DNA of 47,462 nt from Octopus bimaculoides (Eukaryota), in contig NC_068986.1 in the NCBI RefSeq assembly GCF_001194135.2, positions 31,820,679-31,868,140 of the forward strand, written 5' to 3'. The notes below the pieces were generated by a model, which did not search any database, was not told the origin of the DNA, and worked only from the letters and a program-made list of their open reading frames with translations. Shown here one piece after another: positions 11,190 through 22,411 of the stretch. The stretch's first letter is position 1, and each line of letters starts with the position of its first letter. The position numbers and the translations under genes were made by a program.

Positions 11190-12205
11190 TGTCTTGTAGA
11201 GAATTCTGCATCAGAGATGTGTATTGTGTTGAGAAGAGAGCTGTGCAGTGCATTATTGAGTAGAGAAAACAACTAATCAGTGGTTCATTGTGTAGAGTAG
11301 ACGGCAGTACAGTGCTTTATTGTGTAGAGATTACAGCTATACTGTACTCTATTGTGTATAAAGTGTGTATAAACTTCTCGGCATAAAGTGGCAGGACAGG
11401 ATCCTGGACACCGAGGTACTAATACGTGCTAACCTGCCCAGCATCCATACCATCTTGATGCACTCTCAGCTTAGCTGGGCAGGGCACGTAGCTCGCATGT
11501 CAGACGATCGATTACCAAAAAGATTGCTCTTTGGCGAACTGCAAAAGGGAAAGCGCTCACAAAGCGGCCAGAAGAAGCGCTTTAAGGATACATTGAAAGC
11601 CTCACTGAAAGCCTTCAGCCTCGACCATGACACCTGGGAGCAGTCTGCTCTAGACAGAGAAAGGTGGCGATCAGCTGTCCACAAGGGTGCCAACACATGC
11701 GAGACCAATAGGATCGCTGCTGCAGAAGACCGCAGACAAGCCAGAAAGAACAGAGCTAACAACCCTGTAGCAGGCACTACCATCCCCTGTCCACACTATC
11801 AAAGACTCTTTCGGGCGCAGATTGGCCTCACTAGCCATCTGCGGACTCACAAAACAAGCCCACTGCCATCCCAGGATGACTAGATGGTCTTCATCGCATC
11901 GACGGGTAAACTACAGACTGTATTGCATAAAGGAAACTGCCGTACAGTGGTGTATTGTGTAGAGAGTACAGGTATACTGTATGTTGTTATGTAGAAATGA
12001 CAACAGTACAGTGGCTCATTGTATAGAGAATACTACAGCAACGAATAAGTATTGTATAGAGAAACACTAATACGGTACAGTACTGTACAGGGCCGCGTTG
12101 ATAACATGTGGTTACTGTACTTGTTGTGTAGATATCGAAACAGTACAGCATGTTTTTTTTGCTTTGTCTAAAGAAGGTTAAAGAAGTACTGTAGAGTGTT
12201 TCGTA
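11190..12205. repeat. Degenerate ~32-bp minisatellite (core TATTGTGTAGAGA...AGTACAG) interrupted by the RTE
   Basis: The core recurs at about 11222, 11287, 11318, 11350, then 11920, 11952, 12017 and 12049. Confidence 0.7.
11365..11915 (+). mobile_element. RTE-clade LINE, 5'-truncated 3' end (post-RT region plus C-terminal C2H2-like finger)
   Basis: Open 172-codon frame with WAGHVARMSDDRLPK..LFGEL..GKR..GQKKRFKD..DRERWR and CPH(Y)..F...GL.SHLRTH, characteristic of RTE/BovB-like ORFs. Short 3' UTR GATGGTCTTCATCGCATCGACGG. Confidence 0.93.
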
Positions 12206-12219
12206 GAGAATACGCCGAG

Positions 12220-13440
12220 ATGACGACGACGATGACGGCATCCAGCATCAGCAGTAGCAGCAGCACCAGCATTACCACCATCGTCATCGCTGTCACCGCC
12301 ATCACTGTCATTGCTATCGTAGCCACCNNNNNNNNNNNNNNNNNNNNNNNNNNNNNNNNNNNNNNNNNNNNNNNNNNNNNNNNNNNNNNNNNNNNNNNNN
12401 NNNNNNNNNNNNNNNNNNNNNNNNNNNNNNNNNNNNNNNNNNNNNNNNNNNNNNNNNNNNNNNNNNNNNNNNNNNNNNNNNNNNNNNNNNNNNNNNNNNN
12501 NNNNNNNNNNNNNNNNNNNNNNNNNNNNNNNNNNNNNNNNNNNNNNNNNNNNNNNNNNNNNNNNNNNNNNNNNNNNNNNNNNNNNNNNNNNNNNNNNNNN
12601 NNNNNNNNNNNNNNNNNNNNNNNNNNNNNNNNNNNNNNNNNNNNNNNNNNNNNNNNNNNNNNNNNNNNNNNNNNNNNNNNNNNNNNNNNNNNNNNNNNNN
12701 NNNNNNNNNNNNNNNNNNNNNNNNNNNNNNNNNNNNNNNNNNNNNNNNNNNNNNNNNNNNNNNNNNNNNNNNNNNNNNNNNNNNNNNNNNNNNNNNNNNN
12801 NNNNNNNNNNNNNNNNNNNNNNNNNNNNNNNNNNNNNNNNNNNNNNNNNNNNNNNNNNNNNNNNNNNNNNNNNNNNNNNNNNNNNNNNNNNNNNNNNNNN
12901 NNNNNNNNNNNNNNNNNNNNNNNNNNNNNNNNNNNNNNNNNNNNNNNNNNNNNNNNNNNNNNNNNNNNNNNNNNNNNNNNNNNNNNNNNNNNNNNNNNNN
13001 NNNNNNNNNNNNNNNNNNNNNNNNNNNNNNNNNNNNNNNNNNNNNNNNNNNNNNNNNNNNNNNNNNNNNNNNNNNNNNNNNNNNNNNNNNNNNNNNNNNN
13101 NNNNNNNNNNNNNNNNNNNNNNNNNNNNNNNNNNNNNNNNNNNNNNNNNNNNNNNNNNNNNNNNNNNNNNNNNNNNNNNNNNNNNNNNNNNNNNNNNNNN
13201 NACCAGCATCAACACCACCACCACTACCAACATAACCACCACCACCATCACCACCCAAACCAGCACCAGCACCAGCATCGACACCACCACCACCATCATC
13301 ATGATGGAGATGATGATTGTCAGTATTAATATCCCCAACATCAATATTATCATCATCACCCCCAATATCACTTTTATCACCACCAACGCTATCGTAAATA
13401 CCATTATCACTAGCCCCACCCCAACACATACACCACTACC
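12220..13440. repeat. (CAC/CAT/CAG)-type trinucleotide tract spanning the 12328-13201 gap
   Basis: Direct reading. Confidence 0.9.
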
Positions 13441-13530
13441 CCTGCCAGCATCTCCCTTTCATCCCTCGAACACAATGACTACCACACCAATTATTGTGAA
13501 CATTGAAACCAACACGAAGAATAACACCAG

Positions 13531-13660
13531 TGCCAAACCGCTAAGTTACGGGGACGTGAACACACCAACACCGGTTGTCAAGCGGTAGTGGGGGACAAAC
13601 ACAGACACAAAGACACATACACACACATACACACACATACATACACTTACACACACATAC
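13531..13660 (-). mobile_element. SINE family F module with a (CA)n tract
   Basis: Reverse complement TGTGTCTTTGTGTCTGTGTTTGTCCCCCACTACCGCTTGACAACCGGTGTTGGTGTGTTCACGTCCCCGTAACTTAGCGGTTTGGCA. Confidence 0.75.
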
Positions 13661-13759
13661 ACACACAATATTTTATATGTGGATTATACTATAGGCGCAG
13701 GCGTGACTGTGATAAAAAGTATTTTTGCTATAGCCTCGGGCCAACCTAAATCTTGTGAG

Positions 13760-15130
13760 TGTTGTTGCGTTTGGTTGTGCATTGGTCTTGAGAGAGATCC
13801 GGGTTTCACGCTGAGCCTGGAGAAGTTTTTTTTGAATTTTGTCTCGATGTAGATCCTACTTTTCCAAGGTATGATGTCGCAAACAGAACAACTTCAAATG
13901 CTTTGCTTTCGTTTTTCATTCTTTTTGTAAGACTTAGCAATATTTCGATTTGTGTTACTCAAAAGCGTGGAGGCGCAATGGCCCAGTGGTTAGGGTAGCG
14001 GACTCGCGGTCATAGGATCGCGGTTTCGATTCCTAGACCGGGCGTTGTGAGTGTTTATTGAGCGAAAACACTTAAAGCTCCACGAGGCTCCGGCAGGGGG
14101 TGGTGGCGAACCCTGCTGTACTCTTTCACCACAACTTTCTCTCACTCTTATTTCCTGTTTCTGTTGTGCTTGTAATTCAAAGGGTCAGCCTTGTCACACT
14201 GAATCTCCCCGAGAACTACGTTAAGGGTACACGTGTCTGTGGAATGCTCAGCCATTCGCACGTTAATTTCACGAGCAGGCTGTTCCGTTGATCGGATCAA
14301 CTAGAACCCTCGACGTCGTAAGCGACGGAGTGCCAACAACAACAACTCAAAAGCTTTTTTGGGATTTTACTTCCAAATCCATTTGTGGTGTCTGATTATT
14401 TTTTATGTCAATGATTTCTTCTTTTAAAAGATCTTCGTCTGGAATATCATTAATTCTGAAGCGAAATCGATTCCTTATTCAGCAGTCACCGGCGCCTAAA
14501 TCTCCAGTAGAAAACTGGCCTTCAAAACTAACAATATTTCGAGCTAACAGCTTATTGCGGCAGCAACGTCTGGAATCAATGATCCATCTTCAGTAACAAT
14601 TTCTTCCAATGACGGGAACTTAGCCAAATTCCCCATCTCAGTATTAGTCGTCTGCAAAGAAATTTTCTCTTTGAAGGAGGCCAGCTCCTTATTTGTAATA
14701 ACTTTATTTGGAAATAATTATTTCCTTGAAGCGAAATATTCAGTTCAATCGAATGAATTTGTCAGACAGACATGCCAACATTTGTACAAACTCTGGAGAA
14801 TTGTACGAGAAGTCGTCAAATTTTGTTCTTTTAAAAAGGTCTTAAGTCTCTTCTCGAAACTCAAACACGCGGTTCAGTTCAAAACACGTTCAACGACATA
14901 ACCAAGAAAAGAGAACCACGTTTACAACCCATGATTGGAATGAACTGCGACTCAAAAAGCATTCGCTGTTTATATTCACAATCTTAACACTAGTCAGAAT
15001 TTCTTGTATATTCTGAAGTAAAGTTTACGGAGCAAACTCGTATCGGCTGAGAAAACATTGTAATGCGCATGTCTTGTATCTTCATTCTCACGAGCCCAGT
15101 GAACCCTGATTAGTTCTTCAACATAGCCGG
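13760..15130 (-). pseudogene. Degenerate hAT (Charlie/Buster-type) transposase, C-terminal half, interrupted by SINE A
   Basis: Frameshifted minus-strand translations match hAT motifs: CFLSRYEFA..TLLQNIQEILTSVKIVN (C-xx-H region), VERVFE, LNISLQGN..MGNLAKFPSLEE, KEEIIDIKNN and FATSYL (dimerisation domain). Confidence 0.8.
13967..14344 (+). mobile_element. SINE family A, full length, 10-bp TSD
   Basis: GTGGAGGCGCAATGGCCCAGTGG...GAGTGCCAACAACAAC, with ACTCAAAAGC at 13957-13966 and 14345-14354. Confidence 0.97.
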
Positions 15131-15195
15131 CATATCGCCAGTACACGTGGAGTCAATGTTTTGTATATTCAGTCTATATCCAACGAAATATTTTA

Positions 15196-15330
15196 CCAAA
15201 CCACATGGTTCCGGGTTCAGTCCCACTGCGCGGCACCTTGGGCAAGTGTCTTCTACTATAGCCTCGGGCCGACCAAACCCTTGTGAGTGGATTTGGTAGA
15301 CGAAACTGAAAGAATCCCGTCGTATGTATG
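15196..15330 (+). mobile_element. SINE family E (tRNA head with CORE-like GCACCTTGGGCAAGTGTCTT), 5'-clipped
   Basis: GGTTCCGGGTTCAGTCCC B-box-like. Related pieces at 13692-13760 (+), 33571-33690 (-) and 37024-37120 (-). Confidence 0.8.
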
Positions 15331-15427
15331 CCCGTTAATAATAAAAGTTATGCTTATTTTTGCATAACTGTTTGAATCCTGGTCTTATAGTACAATTTGA
15401 TTTTAAGCTTGGGATATACCACCCTAG

Positions 15428-15556
15428 GTGAGCAAAAGTTGGTGCACAGTTGCTTAATATGATTGAAATGTTCTCATTTACTATCATAAAAAAGAAATAG
15501 AGAAATCAAAAAAAAAATTCTACTCATTAAGGAACTGTATACCTACTTTTGCTCAC
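15428..15556. mobile_element. Small MITE with 24-bp imperfect TIRs (probably Tc1/mariner-like)
   Basis: GTGAGCAAAAGTTGGTGCACAGTT versus the reverse complement of the right end, GTGAGCAAAAGTAGGTATACAGTT. No clean TA TSD. Confidence 0.7.
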
Positions 15557-15689
15557 GGCCGTTTAAAAATTACATAAAACAAAATAGGATTAGACGAACA
15601 ATGCTGTGGGACAGTTATTCGTCCCTAACATTGCTACAGACTTGGAGTAAGGTACTAAGTAATTATACTGACACCTGCACTTGACTGGA

Positions 15690-15830
15690 TCTTTGTCTTA
15701 TCGACCTTGGAAGGTGTAAATGTAATGCCTACTTTGGCAGGATTTGAACTAATAACGTAAAGTGTTGGAACAAATACCGCAAAGCAACTTGTTTGATGCG
15801 TTAACTGTTTTGTTTACCCACCGTCCGAGT
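15690..15830 (-). mobile_element. SINE family B, old copy
   Basis: TTATCGACCTTGGAAGG...GGATTTGAACT...AATACCGCAAAGCA. Confidence 0.6.
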
Positions 15831-16446
15831 ATGGACCCATTTCATAAAACGCTGTAACGTTTGTGCCAACTCGCCCCCTTCTATTTCTCAATACAATAAT
15901 TTATATTTGCTAACAATTTTGAATTTACTGCTGTAGCTATTGTCATTGTTACTGTTATTGTAATTTAGTTCACACTGTTCGTTAAAATATACGATTTCTC
16001 AAGTAATATCATTTAAATTGAATTAATATTGTTGATCTTAAGTATATACTTCATTAAAGCTCATAAATAATTTATGAGCTTTTCGTTTAATTAACTAAAC
16101 AATATGATGAGTGTTTCTGATTTTGTTGAGACTGACATAAAGCTGAAAGACATTAAAGCACACGAGATCAAGAAACTGTTTCGATCTCCAGTCGGAAATC
16201 AGACATTTTAATTTCATTTTATCCTTAATGGCAAAGTAGACATTTCATAACTTCTCAAAATTCCCGATGTTCTGAATTGCAGTGTATATTAATCAATATT
16301 TAATTTTTTTTTAAGGAGCTGTAGATTGGAAAACTCATTAGCACTGCAGACAAAACATATTAAGGTAGTTAGTGACGGTCTTTTCGATCTGGAGCTCAAG
16401 CTCGGTCGGCGATAACTTTATTTTTTCTACTCTCAGTTGATAATAT

Positions 16447-16655
16447 AAAGCGAGCTAGTAGACTCGTTAGCACGCTTGGCAAAATGCTAAGCAGCGTTTC
16501 ATTCGTCTTTACGTTCGGAGATCAATAGCAAAAGTCGTCTATGCTTTTCAACCTTTCGGAGTGAATAAAATAATTACCAGTTGAGCACTCTTCCATCGAA
16601 ATTGCTTACTCTTCCATCGAAATTGCTGGCCTGGTGCCAAAAATTGAAACCAACA
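16447..16655 (+). mobile_element. SINE family B2, old copy with an internal 20-bp tandem duplication
   Basis: GCGAGCTAG..CGTTAGCACG head, ACTCTTCCATCGAAATTGCT twice, tail GGCCTGGTGCCAAAAATTGAAACC. Confidence 0.75.
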
Positions 16656-17954
16656 TTAAGTAATTATCAAGTAGTAGTGTACATGCTACCCTTAAAATAT
16701 GTAGCATTTTAACAATGTTAGAAATCAACAGTTCTATATTTAAATGGCAGCGAATTGGCAGATACATTAGAGCATTGTATAGATGTCTTGCGGTATTCCA
16801 AATCTTAGTGTTCTGGATTTAAATCCCTCCAATTTTAACTATGCTTTTCATTCTATTCAAAGTGCATAACTGAACTACCGGCCCATTTTGGTGGATTGGC
16901 TGATTTGTTTGATCGTCAAGTAAGTTGTCTTGTGACACACATTCCGACTCTTTGCATTCTGAGTTCAAATCCCGCTTGGGTTTCGACGCCCGGAGATAAT
17001 CATCGGACCACGAGAGCACCCTGTCGGACTCACAATTGGTCTACGTAGATAGGTTCGCTTACAACCAAGATACACCCAGCAACAGTATGCTGAAATTTCA
17101 CTATATAAATATTGACGCAAATGGCTGTGTACTGACTATAAGTTTTACAGGTTCAGGTTATGAGTCTTACATTCTGAGTTCAAATACAATCAGAGTACAT
17201 TTGGTATGTTATTCAACCGGGAGTCAATATATAAGTACCAAATACTAGTGGGTTGTTGATGTTAAACCCTAGGTCATTTGTTATCGAGCATATCTATGAT
17301 CAGCAGTGACTCTCCCTGTCTTTTTCTCTGATATAGTGCACAGAGAACCGACATATTGTTTACTTAGGTAATGACGTGTGATTTTGAGGGAGATCTGGTT
17401 GCTATTCCTGACAGGTAGAAATGCCACATAAATGTTCCCTGTTGGGTTTGTAAAGATACCTATAATATAACAACATCTATTCCATCTATTTAGTTTGCAG
17501 AGGATTAACCATAACAAAAATTTAGCTTTCTGCAACTTGAAGGAATCAAAAGTATTCTATTATAGGACAAGCGGCTCAGAGCAGATGTAAGACCTTGACG
17601 TCTGAGTTCAAACCTCGGTCTCGATTCTGTTAGTGATGCTAGACGTAGGTCTAATGTCTTCTTAAGAAATGCATGGGCGTCTCAGTCTTTGCGTATTTCT
17701 TGATAAGAGTAGAAATCTTTGGCAGTTATGATGAGTGACCAGAGTTATTCATTTCGCAGTAATCAGAATATTTTTGTAAATGCAATTTTTGGAGAATCTA
17801 AAAGAAGAGGTTTTTCTATAATCAAGCCCATGTACACAGCACTTCCGGCTCTTATACAGATTCCACATTTCATCGCATGGTATTAAGTGGCTGAGAAATA
17901 CTTCACTTTTATTATATGAAAGAAGCGTCACACACATACACATCGACAGACACA

Positions 17955-17962
17955 GATAGACA

Positions 17963-18014
<52 letters not shown>

Positions 18015-18103
18015 NNNNNNNNNNNNNNNNNNNNNNNNNNNNNNNNNNNNNNNNNNNNCACACATACACAGACACAGACACAGACACACACACACACACA
18101 CAC

Positions 18104-18150
<47 letters not shown>
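17955..18150. repeat. (CA)n / (CT)n with a gap
   Basis: Direct reading. Confidence 0.95.
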
Positions 18151-18151
<1 letters not shown>

Positions 18152-18695
18152 ACATTCTTTGTCAAATGGAATTTTTTTCTGATCTTTCTTAAATTAACTG
18201 GAACCCACTTGTTCAGTTATTTCAAATATTCCTTTAACCGACTCCATATTGTGGCCTTAACAATACTCAATTACTGAGCTATATTCAAAGGAGTAACTAT
18301 TAGATTTTCTTCAATTAATGCCCTCAATTAACATTATTGTCAAAAGCTAAATGACAACCACTATTTTCAACAAATTAGATTGAAGTTTCATTTTCCAAAC
18401 CTTTAAATTCGATGCTGTACACTGCTTGTTTGGAAATAGCTTCAACACACGACAAATATACTTCATTCTTTAAAATCCCTTCGCTGCCGTACAAAATAAC
18501 CCTCAAAAATACTCTCAAATGCGTTCTTTTTTTACCACTGACTTCGTAAAGGAGTCCTAATGCGATCGATCGACCCATAATAAACAGCAGCCAAATCTCA
18601 CACAATTCACACCCTATCGTTATTACGAAGGAAGGACTCATAGGATACTGTTATGCCACATACCCTAGACATTGCCAATCAACCACTACTATTTA

Positions 18696-18923
18696 TTGGG
18701 TTGTCCGGAAAGTTCGTGCCGATTTTTAAAGGAAAGAAAAAGGTCAATAAATACTTTCCATTACATTTTTAATCAACCAAATATGAACCATTTTGTTGCA
18801 CAATGCGTCTCCATCTTTCCTTTAACTTGAAAATATCCTCTTCCCAGAACTGAGGTGGTTTCATAGCAAATATGTCGAAAGGTATGCTACTATAAATTGG
18901 CACGAACTTTCCGGACAACCTAA
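18696..18923 (-). mobile_element. Mariner internal-deletion derivative (MITE-like, 228 bp) with TA TSD
   Basis: 30-bp TIR TTGGGTTGTCCGGAAAGTTCGTGCCGATTT / TTAGGTTGTCCGGAAAGTTCGTGCCAATTT, TA at 18694-5 and 18924-5. The interior encodes a mariner C-terminus, PQFWEEDIFKLKERWRRIVQQNGSYLVD*. Confidence 0.93.
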
Positions 18924-19249
18924 TATATTCACTTATTCAAGATGGAGGTCTGTCTGTCTTCTGACAGAACTCATACCCAGCATACATTTAAATACCTTTC
19001 ATGTACTCACACAGTTACATACATACATACAAACTGGTGCCGTCAACATCGGTCGTGCAGGTGTGGACGACCGTTTAAAAAATCCGTTTTGAACATCTTC
19101 CTCAGAAATATGCAGACTTCTCCAGCCTAAATCGGCAACTGGTTTATTTCTCCAATAATTAAGAAGAGAAACACGTTTTACTCACCGACGTAGCACTATC
19201 CTGAACAGATTTTAAAATATACATCTACACCACATGGAATCTCGCTAAC

Positions 19250-20200
19250 ACGATTATGGCTGAAACTAACACCACCACAGATGACACTAACAACGTCACC
19301 ATCGATGAAAACAGAACTATTTCACCAGTAAATTATTTAAGAAAACGTAAGTACTCTTCTCATTTTACTTGGACTCAAAAACTAAACCAAGATTTACTTC
19401 GGTGCTATGAAAACGTCCGAAGATGGTCCTTCAATCGGATACGTGAAGCAGTTAAAACAATATTAGGACGAAGCTCACCCCAGCTTAAATACCTTCACGG
19501 CGAAACAACTCCGACAACAAACATCTTTCGTAAAAAGCAAATCAACTGGTTCTCGATCCTCCCCAAATACTGAGCATAGACCAAAATCTGCCAGAAGCGG
19601 CGTAAATAATAACATACATATACACACACATGCATGTATGCATACGTACATACATATATATATTCATACATACATTGGTGGAACATTCTCTTTAAAACTT
19701 CTCCTAAGTGGAAACTTAACAGGCCAGATATCTTTGGGACAAATAAGAAAAAGTACGTATCATCATAGAAATCAATTCTCCAGTTGAAGTGAATAACTCT
19801 GAAAATCAAAGAGAAAGAAGATAACAAAAGACAACTACTTCGAAACATCCAGCTTCTATACCCAGACTATAAATTCACATTTATTTCAATAATACCTGGT
19901 GCCGGGCGAAATCCATAGCGGTATTTCGTCTACCGTTACGTTCTGAGTTCAAATTCCACCGAGGTCGACTTTGCCTTTCATCCTTTCGGGGTTGATTAAA
20001 TAGGTACCAGCTACGCATAGGGGTCGATATAATCGACTTAATCCCTTTGTCTGTCCTTGTTTGCCCCCTCTATGTTTAGCCCCCTGTGGGCAATAAAGAA
20101 ATAAAATAACTGGTGCACATCTTTTTGCGAGTATATACCGAAGGGAAATCTGGAAAGCTATTATTTTCAGAAAAAGAAATCAACACTCACAAAGCAAATA
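19250..20200 (+). mobile_element. R4/Dong-like RLE non-LTR retrotransposon relic: N-terminal piece plus endonuclease piece, middle deleted, SINE B1 inserted
   Basis: 19256-19560 gives WTQKLNQDLLRCY / GYVKQLKQY*DEAHP..FTAKQLRQQ. 19676-19902 gives WWNILFKT..LNRPDI..KIKEKEDNKRQLLRNIQLLYPDYKFTFISIIPGA. Confidence 0.7.
19903..20104 (+). mobile_element. SINE family B1, 5'-truncated, 12-bp TSD
   Basis: AATACCTGGTGC (19891-19902) / AATAACTGGTGC (20105-20116). Tail GTGGGCAATAAAGAAATA. Confidence 0.93.
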
Positions 20201-20929
20201 CAATCCGTAAGCGGAACGGTAAAAATACAGCGGTAGGATTTGAACTCAGAACGCGCAGCAACGGAACTAAATGCTCTTAGACATTAACCGAACGCCCCTC
20301 CCGTTCTACTACTTCACCGTAACAAGGCCTCATGTTATAGTCATGAAGATTCAAAATGTAGTGAATCGATTCAATTCCAGACTGTACGGTGGTATTTATT
20401 TCATTAAGCACGAGGGAGAAAATTAAGATCGTTCCTTGTCAGATTTGAACGCAGAACGTACAGAAGAGTAACTCAACACCATCAGCCACATTATATGGCA
20501 CTGTATAGTTTCTGGCCACCCTACAACCATCGCAACTACAGCGCAACCTCAAATAAACAGAGAACTATTTTATTAAGTTATTTTTTCTTCTCACAGGTTT
20601 CTTTTCGTTATTATCTCTCCTAGTTCGAAAATAGTTCGAGTGTATGAATCTGAAGCATGTGATAAGGATTGGGTGCATTGATCAGAGAAAGGCCATTTAT
20701 CATCCTGTGTCAAAGTTATGGTTTATTATGGTTTATGTAACGAGTAACAGTGGCTACGTAACAGGCAGCGGTAACGGTAGCAAAGCAATGGATTTTGTCT
20801 GTCTTAACGGATAATCATCGATTCTATATAGTAGGATGTTTACCAATAATGGTACTACACAAACACAGACACACGCACGCTCACACAAACACATATGTGG
20901 GTGTGCATGTGCGAGTATAAATGTGTCTG

Positions 20930-20931
20930 TG

Positions 20932-20964
<33 letters not shown>

Positions 20965-20979
20965 TGAGAGAGAGAGAGT

Positions 20980-21021
<42 letters not shown>

Positions 21022-21033
21022 GAGAGAGAGAGA
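20930..21033. repeat. (TA)n/(GA)n microsatellite
   Basis: Direct reading. Confidence 0.95.
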
Positions 21034-21433
21034 GGCGGCGAGCTGGCAGAAACGTTAGCACGCCGGGCGAAATGCTTAGCGGTATTTCGTCTGCCGTTAC
21101 GTTCTGAGTTCAAATTCGGCCGAGGTCGACTTTGCCTTTCATCCTTTCGGGGTCGATAAATTAAGAACCAGTTACGCACTGGAGTCGATGTAATCGACTT
21201 AATCCGTTTGTCTGTCCTTGTTTGTCCCCTCTATGTTTAGCCTCTTGTGGGCAATACAGAAATAGGTATTTCGTCTGTCTTTACGTTCTGAGTTCAAATT
21301 CCGCCGAGGTCGACTTTACCTTTTACCCATTCGGGGTTGACAAACTAAGTATCATTTGCGTATTGGGGTCGATGTCCTCGACTAGTTCCCTCTCCACAAA
21401 TTTCAGGCCTTGTGCCTTCAGTAGAAAAGAATT
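21034..21433 (+). mobile_element. Second B1-B2 tandem dimer (B1 21034-21264, B2 21265-21433)
   Basis: The B1 tail GAAATA is joined directly to GGTATTTCGTCTG of a B2 that lacks about 45 nt of its head. B2 tail GGCCTTGTGCCTTCAGTAGAAAAGAATT. Confidence 0.9.
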
Positions 21434-21634
21434 GTTAAAATGTTGGATGGAATACCTTTCGTTATTCTTTATGTTCCGATTTCAAATTCCATCGAAGTCA
21501 ACAATGCTCTTCATCCTTTCGGACCGATAAATAAAGTAATAACCCAACACTTCTAGTACAAGATTTTTCTTTCTTTGAGAAATCGACCAAGGTTAGACCT
21601 GGAGAATGATGGGTGTTATCTATCTTATTTGACC

Positions 21635-22010
21635 GTGGAGGCGCAATGGCCCAGTGGTTAGGGCAGCGGACTCGTGGTCATAGGATCGCAGTTTCGATTC
21701 CCAGACCGGGCGTTGTGAGTGTTTATTGAGCGAAAACACCTAAAGCTCCACGAGGCTCCAGCAGAGGATGGTGGTGAACCCTGCTGTACTCTTTCACCAC
21801 AACTTTCTCTCTCTCTCTTACTTCCCGTTTCTGTTGTGCCTGTAATTCAAAGGGTTAGCCTTGTCACGCTGAATATCACCGAGAACTACGTTAAGGGTAC
21901 ACGTGTCTGTGGTGTGCTCAGCCACTTGCACGTTAATTTCACGAGCAGGCTGTTCCGTTGATCGGGTGAACTGGAACCCTCGACGTCGTAAGCGACGGAG
22001 TGCCAACAAC
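21635..22010 (+). mobile_element. SINE family A, full length
   Basis: Near-identical to 13967-14344. No clear TSD. Confidence 0.96.
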
Positions 22011-22067
22011 CTGTAGTAACAAGAACGTAAATTAGTTCTTGATTTAAATCAACTACTATTATCTTAT

Positions 22068-22332
22068 GTGGAAGCACATGGCCTAGTGATTAGACCGGGC
22101 GATGTGTGTGTTTATGTGCGAAGCACCGAAGCTCCACGCGGTTCCGGCAGAAGGTAATAGCAAACTTCTGCTGAATTTTTCGCCCAAACCTTCTCTCATT
22201 CTTTCCTCCTGCATCTAACAGTTCACCTGCGACGGACTAGCCTCGCGTTCAGGTGGGGAACCTCTACGCCAATGAAACCAGGAAACCGCCCCTTCTGAGC
22301 CAGGCATGACTCGAGAAGAAACAAACAACAAC
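22068..22332 (+). mobile_element. Chimeric SINE: head H1 (family A, internal deletion) + tail T2 (family C)
   Basis: GTGGAAGCACATGGCCTAGTG..ACCGGGCG..GCTCCACG..CCGGCAG matches A. CTGCGACGGACT..GTGGGGAAC..ACGCCAATGAAACCAGGAAACCG..GAGCC matches C. Confidence 0.8.
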
Positions 22333-22411
22333 GCTAATATTTTATGGAAATTATTCAGATTTTGGTTTAGTAGATGGGTAAGTATCTTAAAAATTTACTG
22401 TAACTTACAGA

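Noticed and set aside
12178-13429. Long ORFs of 300-450 aa here and at 25587-27044, 35327-36286 and 38314-39531
   Set aside because: They consist mostly of X from N-gaps.
13967-14045. tRNA-like sequences with A and B boxes at the SINE heads
   Set aside because: No complete cloverleaf or acceptor stem, and they continue into multi-copy SINE bodies, so they are not tRNA genes.
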